A stretch of 62,568 bases of DNA, counting the filler, from Asterionella formosa (Eukaryota), in the NCBI GenBank assembly GCA_002256025.1. It is 14 parts of 14 records of this genome, joined end to end, with 100 filler letters (N's around TTAATTAATTAA, not from the genome) between each part and the next. Parts side by side here need not be neighbours in the genome. Positions count along the whole stretch, not along the records: positions 35,844 to 40,216 come from NKIB01013564.1; positions 40,317 to 44,690 come from NKIB01013565.1; positions 44,791 to 49,161 come from NKIB01013566.1; 11 more parts are not named here. One strand, 5' to 3'. Numbering within the stretch: the first letter of the stretch is position 1; each line of letters opens with the position of its first letter. Under the pieces are notes generated by a model. The model saw only the letters and a program-made list of their open reading frames with translations, did no database searches and was not told the DNA's origin. Below are positions 38,028 to 49,261 of the stretch, piece by piece. Both the position numbers and the translations under genes were made by a program.

Positions 38028-39307
38028 CTACTCCGCCGTACTGGTAACTTCATGTTCTTCACCTTCCGTTGGTTCTTCTGGCACTGGGTCCTTCATTTCC
38101 AAATAACTTTTGTCAAAAAAGTGCAACCTCACATATCCGTCTTCAGCGCCACTGGCATAGGATCGTCCATTGGGATTAATGGCCAATGCATTGATGGGAC
38201 CAAAATGTCCCTTGACACTGGCAAACTCTTCTTCATAGACCAAGTGAAAGAATCTGGTTTCAAATTTTCCCACTTTTCCCGACGTGGTGGTAACTGACAT
38301 GGCTTCTTGTCCACCTCCCAACAAGATATGATCCTTGGTTTCCGAAATGACAGCATCGTTGACAGGACGGTCCGTCTTGTATGTTTTCAACTGTTTAAAA
38401 TCCACAGCATCCCATAATTTGGCAGTGCAGTCCGCCGACGATGTAATAAAGAGAGTCTTGTCTTTGTTAAAATAAATGCGGTTGATCTTTTTTTCGTGCG
38501 CCATGAAATCGTCTACTTCATCTCCAGTGCTTGGATCGAACAACCGAATGGCTCCATTGTCAAAACAAACCATAATGGCTTCATTGAGTGGCATCCAACA
38601 AATGTTGGTGGGATTGATTCTCTTGGAGTTTTCCTTTGGTAAATCAATTTCTAAAACTGGGTCTTCACCACCTTGGTTTAGATGATAGATGCTTATCTGA
38701 GCATTGTGTTCCACGAACGGATCCGAAATGGTGGCAAACATTTGTCCACCCTCGGCCCATGCCGCCCCTCGTACTGGACCATGATGGGTAAATGTTTGAA
38801 TGCATTCTCCTGTTTCACAATTCCACATGCGTGCCGTACTGTGTGTGTGTATTGTTGTTGTTGAGTGTGTATTGTTGTGGTTCAGAGTCAAGGGATAGTG
38901 TGAGTGCTAGCGTAGTACACATGATAAGTCGATCAGTTTCGTGCAACACAATTCAGAACTGACACATGTCAGTTTAGGACAATACGTACGCATCAGCAGA
39001 AGCAGTAATGACTCGTTTACTGAAGCGATCGACGTCTAAATCCCAAATAGTGCCTTTGTGACCATGGAATGTTCCAATCCGCTCCCCATCCGATGAACGC
39101 CACATGGAAGGGACATGATCTTTGGAGGCAGTAAAGAGTAAATCTCCGTCATAATTGTACTTTACCACCGTAATGGATCGCTCGTGTCCTCGAAGAAGAA
39201 TAGGTCTCTGTGCAGTTGTGAGGGACTTTGTGAGAGAGCAGACGCCACGGCTACGCCCTTGCGGTCCGAAACACTTCGCTCGAGACTTCCGGCAGTCTAC
39301 TTACCAT
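38028..39307 (-). CDS. EIF3I: Eukaryotic translation initiation factor 3 subunit I (WD40). Exons 39307-39305 (ATG only), 39207-38990 and 38838-38028
   Basis: MRPILLRGHERSITVVKYNYDGDLLFTASKD...GGGQEAMSVTTT...KGHFGPINALAINPNGRSYASGAEDGYVRLHFFD. Canonical splice sites restore the frame. Confidence 0.96.
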
Positions 39308-40559
39308 GGTGAAGGGACGTTATCAGACAAAATCAATAACAGTAAGAACCGAAATAACACGAATATCATGGGCCTGTACAACAATATGATGTTCATGTAC
39401 ATTGAAAACCAACCTGGTAGTCTTCACCAGTACGTAATAGTGCACAGGTGCACGAGCCGATGAATACTACATCGTACCGGTAAACGGTACTCGCAGTAGT
39501 AGCTGAGTACCAGGGTACCTTGTGTGTACATATATCGGTCCACTAGAATACTAAATGCAATGAACTCCGTTGTACTCCTATGTATGATGTACTCCGGAGT
39601 ATTAGCTAGCTACCATAACCGGGTACGGTAATTGCGACGTCTTCGTCCTGCTTTCGTCCGGCGGTACCTGGTACCAGGGTAACCTGCTGTACAAAGGGAA
39701 ACGTGCCAATATCATACAAAAATTAGAGACAGGTGGTTGACAGAGTGAGGCTGTGGCTGGCTGTGGGGGGTTCTGTCCTTGTCGGCCTACATACGACTGA
39801 GCAATAATACCGGTATGCTGGACGTGCAGTCTTCGGAAGGTGTACCAGGTACCAGGTACCAGCACCATCATAACCATCGTATCTGGTCCAGGTAGACCAC
39901 TAGCGCACATTTTATGCGCACTTTTTCAGTTTCGACTCACACTCCCAATGACTGGTCCCATGCCTACCAGACGAGATAGGCTGGCTTTCCATTCCAAACT
40001 CTATCAATGCAAGGTTGCGGTCCTGGCTTAACTCTAGTTTGGAGAAACAACACGCTAGTAGCATTATAAAATTGATGCGGAACAGGTAATTTGTTTCTGT
40101 GTATTCCCATGCTGAGGACGCAAGTAGTACCTGTTTGAATATTTAAACTAAGTAGACAATGGTGCCACATTAGCAGAGTTACATTTCAGAAAAGAATGAA
40201 GACGGTTATGTTATATNNNNNNNNNNNNNNNNNNNNNNNNNNNNNNNNNNNNNNNNNNNNTTAATTAATTAANNNNNNNNNNNNNNNNNNNNNNNNNNNN
40301 NNNNNNNNNNNNNNNNAGGAGCCATGCTGAATTTGCTGTTGTAAAAGATGATATGCATTCTTGGTCTGGCTGGTGTCGAAATCATGGGATGAATACTTTG
40401 CCCATTTTGCTACCAACCAAAAAGCTGTTGCTGAATGAGGTTGTGTTTCATTGAACTACAACTTCTTCTTCCATCCGGAAATTCAACTGAAAAACCCCGA
40501 ATCTGCAAACAGAAGCAAACAATAATCAACTAGTCTCTTCCATTCCCCCATCCGTACGA

Positions 40560-40980
40560 AACTTGAGCCATGGCATCACTGGAACCCTTGTTGATCAGGC
40601 TAGTACAGTATCGCAATCATGAGGAATGAAAAGAAACAGCGCGAAGGGCGATTGCAAGAAATAAACGATACACAGCCGGTCTTCATGTTGCTGCAGGCAG
40701 GTACTTCAACTTTTGAAGTGGTTGATGAAGAGTTGAAAAGGAAGAGGCGTGCCGAAGGAGTGCAGTGTGAGCGAGAGTATAGTAGCTAAGAAAATAGATG
40801 CACACACGGCGCTTGCAAACAAGTTTGATGCAATCAGAACTCTAAACAAACAGTCAACAGAGTGCTGGACAGTAGCGCAAACGAAAACAACGGCAGCATG
40901 TTATAAGCGAGCAGGCAATCTTCCATTACCAACAACGAAGCAACTTCTACTTACCAGATACCATGACACTATGATGTGTG
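40560..40980 (+). pseudogene. Degraded ORF remnant, possibly a transposase C-terminus
   Basis: Coding-like but frameshifted. WTVAQ...YKRAGNLPLPTTKQLLLTRY resembles helical tails I associate with diatom DNA-transposon proteins (pattern recall only). Confidence 0.3.
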
Positions 40981-41034
40981 GCGATGCTGAAGGCAATACT
41001 GGTACACGCCCGAGGTGGTCTCTTGCCTGCGAGG

Positions 41035-41626
41035 CCTTAAGGTCTTCTAGTGTTAGGGAGGGCATAGCCTCAACCATTGTTACCACTTCTGAGTACTCCT
41101 TAGGTATTTTGTCAAGTATGTGGGCAATCATCTCGAGATCCTTCTTTTCGTAAGCAGAATCAATCGTCGCCATTCGATTCCTCAACAACTCGAGTTGGAT
41201 GAACCACTCATCTGGGTCTTGCGTCTCCCCCTCACAGATGCACTTGTTGAACTGTCCTGACAGTTGGATTAAGTCGCTTGTAGCATTAGGAACATAGCGA
41301 GCCTTGAGATAGGTCCAAGCAAGGAATGCATCGCCGTCTTGATGATTCTTTGTCTTGGCTTGGTTAACCAAACCAAACGCAATCCCAGTGCAACTCATAA
41401 TCAGAAGCTGGTATGCGCGGTCGTTCATCTCGTAGATTTTCTTGACATCGTCTTTGTCTGTAGTTTCGTAGACAGCATTGCTGCATGGAATGGTATCCTT
41501 TATGTAGGCATTCTTGAATCCTCTTGTGTTGGCTAGTGCAAGTGTCTTCACACTCCACTCATGCCAATTGGCGTCCTCGCCATCAAACTTCACAAGGCGA
41601 ATGGTCTCACCTTTGTCTTCAGTCAT
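41035..41626 (-). mobile_element. Copia gag fragment (N-terminal FDG..W..W motif plus UBN2-like region), 3'-truncated
   Basis: MTEDKGETIRLVKFDGEDANWHEWSVK...DAFLAWTYLKARY...DPDEWFIQLELLR...IAHILDKIPKEYSEVV. Confidence 0.85.
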
Positions 41627-41819
41627 GTTGCAAAACGAAGTTGATCCGCTTGCAAGCATGTTAAATTCTTCTGCAGTCTGGCTGCAATGCTAGCTCTTTC
41701 TAGACAAGCTCAGTGTAATAAAACTTTCTGTTCTAATCCAACCTTATTGTGAGCTTATTTGATCTATCTTGTAATCGTTCACATGACCAATTATTTGACA
41801 ACGCGGTACCGGTACCAGG

Positions 41820-42026
41820 TGAGCAATCCTACACATCGATAAAGATGTATATAGTAGAGTTAGGGTTATATCAAATACTATATTGGAATTCAGTAATGAG
41901 AGAACTCGACTAACACCCATTCTATACTTTGATGTCAGTTCAGGAAATGAGTTGTACATAAGGATTAATTAATAAGCTCATATATTCAACAAACTCTACT
42001 ACTAGTACTTCTAGTTAGATACTTCA
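41820..42026 (+). mobile_element. 5' LTR (207 bp) of a Gypsy-like element, diverged member of the 9327/12900 family
   Basis: TGAGC...AGATACTTCA, colinear with the other copies. Left flank is GGTACCAGG, and a gag ORF begins 40 nt downstream. Confidence 0.85.
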
Positions 42027-42065
42027 CTTTGAATTCAAAAAGAGTCGAATTAGAAGACAACAAAC

Positions 42066-43190
42066 ATGGCAATGTATTCAAGGGTTCCTGTGATTCCTCT
42101 GATCAAAGACTACAATGTATTGACTATCAAGACTAAAACATTCAGAGTTGCTTTACCCGGTGTAAGGTTTGAATCATTTTTTCAAGATATGATCGATGGA
42201 AACTCGGTGGAAGCATTGTTAATTGGAGTGAATCAATTTCGTGACATGGCTAACACATGTGCCTTTAGCCCTGCAAATACCTTTTCCTACTTTAAAAGGT
42301 GTTTGACTGACATTGCCTCATCAGATTGGTTGAATGTGGAAGTACACCCAGAAGATCAATCCTACAATAGTTTCGATGAAGCGATGGTTTTATGGTTAGA
42401 CAATCGTTTACCAAACAAGAGTTTTCAACGTCAACAACAATGGATGCTACGTTATTTATCTAAACCCTTTTCTATGTTGGTAATGGATTTCGGAGCTCAT
42501 ATTAAAACTTTGAACAGGCTACTTCAACTAATGCCTCATCCAGAAGATCAAGTTGGATTGTCAAAAGAAGATACGCGGATTATCATTATCCGTTCTATGC
42601 CCGATGAGTGGCAACAAGAGTTTGAATTAAATCATGCGAAGACTTCAGACCAATCGATTCGCTTGGTTCTCGCTTATTTCGAGAGTCAACAATCGTTTAA
42701 GAACCAAAACAAGCATCTTCCCAAGAACAGTTTTCAAACAATCACACAAAACCGTCTTCGTATTGCTGATGGCAATTGTGGGATGCGTCAAGAAAACGAG
42801 CGTGTCAGTCGTCAATTCTACAACGATAATTTTACTCCAAGTGGTCGTGGAAGAGCGCGTGCTATTGTCAATGCAGCCGGAAACGCATGGGATCGTCAGG
42901 CAACTGTTCGTTATCAAGCTCTCAAGCCAGTCGTACGTACCATGATTAGCGTGGTCCTTGCCTGGTACATCCTGAAGGTGCACATACTTGGGGCAATTGT
43001 TTCCAGAATCCTCTTACTCAAGGTGGTCGAGCAGGTCGCATGGCTGGTCGTCATAATCGACGTGGCCGTTCCAGTTTCGGTACATGAGGACATTTTGGTG
43101 GTCATGGAGGCGGTTCACATAGCAATCCAACGGAAAGCTACCACACTGACACTGCTAACCCTGTGTCTGTTCCACATGTTCGTATGTTAA
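42066..43190 (+). mobile_element. Ty3/Gypsy-type gag, frameshifted. No pol visible downstream
   Basis: Q..WMLRYLSKPFSMLVMDF...LNRLLQLMP...IIRSMPDEWQQEF capsid-like pattern, plus an out-of-frame CHHC knuckle CLVHPEGAHTWGNC at 42959-43000. Confidence 0.75.
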
Positions 43191-43567
43191 ACAAATTGTT
43201 GATTGTTGATTCGATCTCACCATCGGCGCCGACCACAAACTCTCATTCGCATTCGATTGTTTTCACATCGTTCATTTGTCTTCTACATCTGTCTAGCTGT
43301 ATAATACACTACACAGTAGCAGTAGTCAATTATATTGAGTAATCTCTATCAAAAGGGTGTTATTTGGCATTCAAAAAAAAGTACCTTCTTCCGCTCATTC
43401 GCCGCATCGGCAATTTTTTTTCGTTTCGTCGTGAAGTTTTGTTTTTCCCGACCATTACACTATTTTGGCTACGGAAGTAATCCACAGTAAACGATCAGTG
43501 CACACATTTATTTTCTTCACGTACCACAATACTACTACTGGTACCAGTACCCACACCAACCTTCTGT

Positions 43568-43741
43568 GCAGTAAGTGGTACAGTACATACAGTACTTCTA
43601 CAAGTACTCTGAGGTATACCAAGAACAGACTTCCTCCGCACCTGGTACCAATTGCCGTAAGTGGTACAGTACATACAGTGCTTCTACAAGTACTCTGAGG
43701 TATACCAAGAACAGACTTCCTCCGTGCCTGGTACCAATTGC
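43568..43741. repeat. Tandem duplication, about 87 bp x2
   Basis: GTAAGTGGTACAGTACATACAGT.CTTCTACAAGTACTCTGAGGTATACCAAGAACAGACTTCCTCCG..CCTGGTACCAATTGC occurs twice. Confidence 0.9.
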
Positions 43742-43937
43742 TGGTACGGCCTGCTAGTATACTCTACTGGCAAACCTGCTGGTAATACTATACTACAAAT
43801 ACAGACACTACCTGATACAACTTCTATTTAGTTTTGGTATTGATCCAAAGCAGGGACACTGAGCCTACAACTGCCAGTGCAATTGAAGGCTCACAAAAAC
43901 TGATCCTAGTCATTTATATTGGTCTTGCTTTACAATC

Positions 43938-44690
43938 ATGTCCAGGCAATATATCTACACTCAAATGGACAACAATCATAATCGCAAGCAAAGCAGTCGC
44001 CGCATGCCAGCAATTCCTAGACGTTCTACCCGGCTTCAATCTGATGGTTCTAAACACATCATGGTCCCTCCTACCGGTCCAATGCCTCACTTATTTCGTG
44101 GATCTCCTGCTCAACTTAATGATCTCTGTGCTGAATTGGGGTTCCCTCATCATGTACCTCTCCCAGACTCTCCTCAGGAGGGATCATATCCAACCAACCT
44201 CTCCATCAACTCTGATCCTGGACATCTCACTGCTGTTCACCCTGCTTTCCGTCACATTACTACCCGCCCTGGTTGCCGCAGTTATCATCGACAATCTCAT
44301 CAAGACCGATTCATACCTATCTCAATGGTTCCTTCTGCTCCAGGCCAATCATCCACCTATTACACTGGTGCTATCTCTCATACCTCCTTTGTTGATGAAA
44401 GTCCCTCTATCCACAGTGCCCCTGCTATGGGGCATGCACACTTTCGTCATGGTAAAGGTTCAAGTCATAGAACAACTCTTCCTTCAGGTACTCAGGGCCT
44501 CAGTCAAACTGAACTTGATTCCCTTCCTTGGGAAGCTATTGCTGACGATTACCTTCGACGGCTAAACAAGCGAAATCACAAAGTCCTGCGTCCTGTCCCT
44601 GCTCCGGATCAAGACCCTGATGATGATGATTCTTCCAACAGCGATGAAGAATCACAGCATATTCCTACTGCTCCCTCCGCTTCCTATAAC
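43938..44690 (+). CDS. Unassigned His/Pro/Ser-rich ORF running into the gap (possibly transposon-encoded)
   Basis: ATG-initiated ORF of at least 250 aa with no recognisable domain. Confidence 0.35.
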
Positions 44691-46483
44691 NNNNNNNNNN
44701 NNNNNNNNNNNNNNNNNNNNNNNNNNNNNNNNNNTTAATTAATTAANNNNNNNNNNNNNNNNNNNNNNNNNNNNNNNNNNNNNNNNNNNNTTCATCAAAG
44801 CACCAAGCTATTTCATCATGCTGGTGGTAGTTTGTGGATTGAGAATGAATTCATTTTCATTACATTACATTTGATTTGATTTTCTACAACAGGTACTGCG
44901 GGTTGGTGTGGGATCCTTTCGAAAACAGCAGTGAAAAGTCACATAAAATACTGCCCTCCTCACTATCACTCCCTTAGCAAAGGAGAAAGTACCACCGAAT
45001 CTATATAATATACGTTTTTCTTTCTGTTTTTTTACTATACATCCACAATATGTAAACAGATTCTGCCTCCTTTTATTTCACCTTTCTTCTATGATCCAGC
45101 CAGGTCAAGATGATCATATCGATCAACAGTATGATATACCGGGAAAGTATTTTATAATACTGTCCCATCCATTATTCCTTATTATCATAAATGTTCAACA
45201 AATAATATAATGGCTCATGTGAACAATGGGAAAATTAACCCTATGAGTTAGCCACTTGGTATATTTCCACAATACTTGAAAGACTGAATAACCATATCAA
45301 CAACTATGGGCTCTGTTGTCTTGAATGAATGAACCAGAAACATCTTAAACCAGAAACTTCTGAATGTGAAATTATATATGTATATATATATATGTATATA
45401 TATTTATATTTATATATATAAAATTATATTTATGGAAGACGTACAGAGAAATTCACATGCTCAAACCCGCAACAACGCAACAGACAAGATTAATGGAGAA
45501 GAAAACGAGTTCCAAAAAAGGGAAATATGGAAGTAATCCTTTTTGCACCTGCCTTTTGAGTAGTCCACTTGGATTTTCCTCGTTAGTAATCAAAATCAAA
45601 GCCATATATATAGTAGTCGACTTTTGGTGGAAATATATTGATGAACATTGCTTTGAATAGAGCTATTTATGTTTTAGAAAATGAAGAAACGTTGAAGTTT
45701 GCTTTTTCATGATGTCTGACGATCAAAAAAGGTCCAATGTTTTGTACTCCCATCTAAGTAAAGGGGTACGAGACACCAGTCAGGTTCTACGGAATAGCTG
45801 TAAAAGAAAAAGGCTTCTTAATCAGGGCAGAAAAATGGGGAGTTTTGTCTCCCCAAAAATTGGACTATCAAGAAAAGACGACGCTTGTACAAACCGCATG
45901 TTTGTTTGATCCTGTTCTGTGAATCATTTGTCGTCGTATGCACATATGTACCGGCAACGGTATATAATGTTCGGCCAATAGTATACCAGCATTGCCTTGG
46001 GGTACTCCTGGTACCAGTAAAGGTAGTTACCAGTTACTCCGTCCCAGATACCACCAGTAGCTGGTACCAGGGATATACGGAAAACGTGCTTTTACACATT
46101 GAAGTGAATTGTTGACATACGTTTAAAAAGTTTCGCCTCAAAACTAAAAGCATTATACGTCGACTTCCTTTGGGATGGGCCAGCGGGATAAAATGCATGC
46201 ATGCCGGCCTTTCCCCCAATGAAACGTTTAACTCAAGGTTCCTGCATTTCAACCCTAAGGCAAAAATTAAAATATTGTTCAGGATTTTCGAAGTGGGTGT
46301 GCTAACCACTAAGCCATTCCCCCAAAGAAATGTAGTTGCTACAATAAAAATCGTTTGCAATACGCTAACCACTATTCGATTCCATGTATTTGATTAGTAT
46401 ACAATGGCTACTGAGGGAATGATGTCATGATCACTGTCGGCAAATTATCAGCGATTTGTTGTAGTTGTTGCTGACATAATGAT

Positions 46484-46487
46484 GATG

Positions 46488-46552
<65 letters not shown>
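46484..46552. repeat. Heptamer microsatellite (GATGAAT), 9 copies plus a partial copy
   Basis: Perfect tandem units abutting the 118-bp repeat at 46549. Confidence 0.97.
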
Positions 46553-46553
<1 letters not shown>

Positions 46554-47149
46554 CCGTTAAAAGTAATCTTTTTTACGTGAAGAGTGGCATTAATGCATGT
46601 GAAGTCCCACATAATTAACACTCATACGTAGACGAAATTTCGAAAAGTGGCGTATTTCGCGGCTTATATGTATTTGTCAACAGGATAAAGCTAGTTGGTT
46701 TCAAAATCATTATTTCTTACTTTTTATCATGTTTATACTTATACTTGTCAAATAATTTTTAACGATAGACCTTCTGCCTCTAGAGCCCCCCCCCTCCCCC
46801 CGCCCCCCTCTTTGCTTGCTGAAAATGATTACGTGCAGGTCGTTGTTGGTTGTTGATTGTTTGGCATCAGCTTAAAGACAGTGAACCATTGAATCCCAGC
46901 AATCCGCCTGATTCTACTACCCTTTTGGTGTCAATTAAAAAATTTCAAGGCAGTCCATGCATTGTTCCAATGCAATCAGGACCTTCTCTCTAGACAAAGG
47001 CAGCTGAAGGAAGCCCCGGCTCTTTGCGGTCACATCCAGCATCCTCTCCATCAAAATCCTAAATTCGTCTTGATACTGCATTCCTCATTTTACATCCACA
47101 CCAAATAACAACCTTGTTGCCATCACTTATTGTTGCAAAAGATACATCA

Positions 47150-48495
47150 GGATTATCAGAAATATTTCCGTTGGCCTATATTCTTCACTTGATCTCCAAA
47201 ATGCCACAGGCAATATGCAATATGCAATATGCAATTGCCACAGTGCACAGTGGAAACTGCCAACCAACCGGAACACGCTGTAATATTCCATCGTGTGGAT
47301 TGCAAGAACAGCTGTGACTCAAATGAAGACTTCCCGGATGTATCAACTTTGTAAGCACCATTGTGTTCATTGTTTATCTTCATTTCATTCCTCATTCCAT
47401 TCTTCTGGTCCTTACTCACCTCTAGATTTGACCCCACTACCTTCTGGATCAACTCAACCATTCAAGACTCCAACAATACACCTCCAAATGTCCGATTATC
47501 AAGCATTTTTTCGAATTCCTTTAGCAGTGATGCCCCAAGTGCCTGTAGTTCGCCTCTCATGCTCCTGACGGCTGCAAGATGGGCAACATGAGGAGGAGAA
47601 GGTATACCTGTCAACTACACAGCAAATGAGGATTCTTCCTCGCATGAAAAATATCGAACAAAACCATTTTGTTCATCAAGTGAAAAAACCTCCCTTGATG
47701 TGTAGTAGCTAGATAGCAGTCTTACTCAATGCCGACTTGTCAGTACAAAGCTGTTGGAGATGTTTTCTGTGGTGCAGGATACATGCTAGTCGAATACAAA
47801 GAAATGGAAGCACCATAACTTGCCCACCAATCACATCACCAAACAGGGAACATAAAGCCAGAATCACTTTTCCATCAAGCTATGATGTTTGCCATCTTGA
47901 TCATTTTTTTAAATAAAAACATCTTTCAGATCATCATCAAAGTATCAAAGTCGTCTGTAGCCTTCATCTTATACTTCTTAAACAGATTGTAAAGTGATGT
48001 TTTCTTGTTTTATACATCTTTTAACTAAAAAGACAGCCTGTCACTGGATTACTGAGGGTCCTAAGATACTTTGCAAAGTCTGTAGGCTTTATTTCCTCAA
48101 ATTTAATTTGATGCAATCCTGTAGAGACTTCCCATTCAAGAAAAACGCGTATCACTGACCTTGCTTTCTTCATATGATGAATGGGAATATTGTCAATATC
48201 ATCAGTGATATATCTGATTTGCGCTAGCATCTCTGGTCCTAGCAGCTGGTACTCATGTTTATATATATAAACAGAAATATTTCATGTTCAGACTGGTGCC
48301 AGCTCATTGTTGATTTTGCTCTTGTGTTCCTCTGATATTTGCTAAAATCATGAGCTGTAAGGACTTCATTTTATTTTCTTCATTCTTCGCTTTTTTTGTA
48401 TCATGTTCTCTAATAATATTCGCAATATATTCGGACTTTCCTGGAACTCCCTGGTGGGAAGATCTGGTAATCAGCCAATTGCACGCACTATACAC
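47150..48495 (-). mobile_element. Degenerate Crypton-like (tyrosine recombinase) element remnants
   Basis: Fragments FAKYLRTL...SLYNLFKKY and DGILQRVPVGWQFP...LWHFGD resemble stramenopile Crypton proteins. The catalytic core is not recognisable. Confidence 0.4.
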
Positions 48496-49261
48496 TCAAA
48501 ATTCCACGTAGCGGTTTCAACCCACTTCATTGGAGGTCTGACTGGCTCACCAATTCCGAAATGATGAAAAATCTTAAAATATTTCCATGTGTTTATGCTG
48601 CCTGTAAGCGTTATAAAGTTTGAAACGGAAGAGCGCTGCCACCTTTCACAGCAGAATAGCTGACTACCAACTTCAATTTGCTGACTGCGGACTTCTTGTT
48701 GCGAACTGCTGACTTGATTTGCTGAAAATTTGAAATATTCGCTAACTGCTGACTTCATTTGCTGACTACTGACATGCAGTCGCTGACTGCAAACTTCAAC
48801 ATGCTGACGTCAAGCACGCTACTTTGTACACTGGGAGGTACGGGAAACTCCGTACTTCCTCGCTACGTGGAAAACTCCTTATGTCTACTATCGTGCACAG
48901 ACCTCGCTGTTTTTTTTCAAATATCTTGCAAAATTTTAGTTGCGCGTTCTTCTGCGAAGTTCGCGTACTTTTTGAAAAGTACGCGCGACTACCATTTCAT
49001 CGAATTGAGTTTGAGCTCTGATCAGGCATTATACATTCACTCAACACATTTCCCTGCAAAAGGTAGTACCGGTATATAACATCGATCTGTTGTTGTTCTT
49101 GTTCATGTTTGCTGATTTTGCTGCTTGTTTCTTGTTTGCTTTGTTGCTTTGTTGCTTTGTTNNNNNNNNNNNNNNNNNNNNNNNNNNNNNNNNNNNNNNN
49201 NNNNNTTAATTAATTAANNNNNNNNNNNNNNNNNNNNNNNNNNNNNNNNNNNNNNNNNNNN

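Noticed and set aside
33151..38062. Long ORFs made mostly of X
   Set aside because: Artefacts of translating through N gaps.
41797..41817. Minus-strand TGGTACC... next to the LTR as a tRNA PBS for the Copia gag
   Set aside because: PPT and gag positions show the LTR is plus-oriented, and the sequence is the common GGTACC target motif rather than a recognisable tRNA 3' complement.
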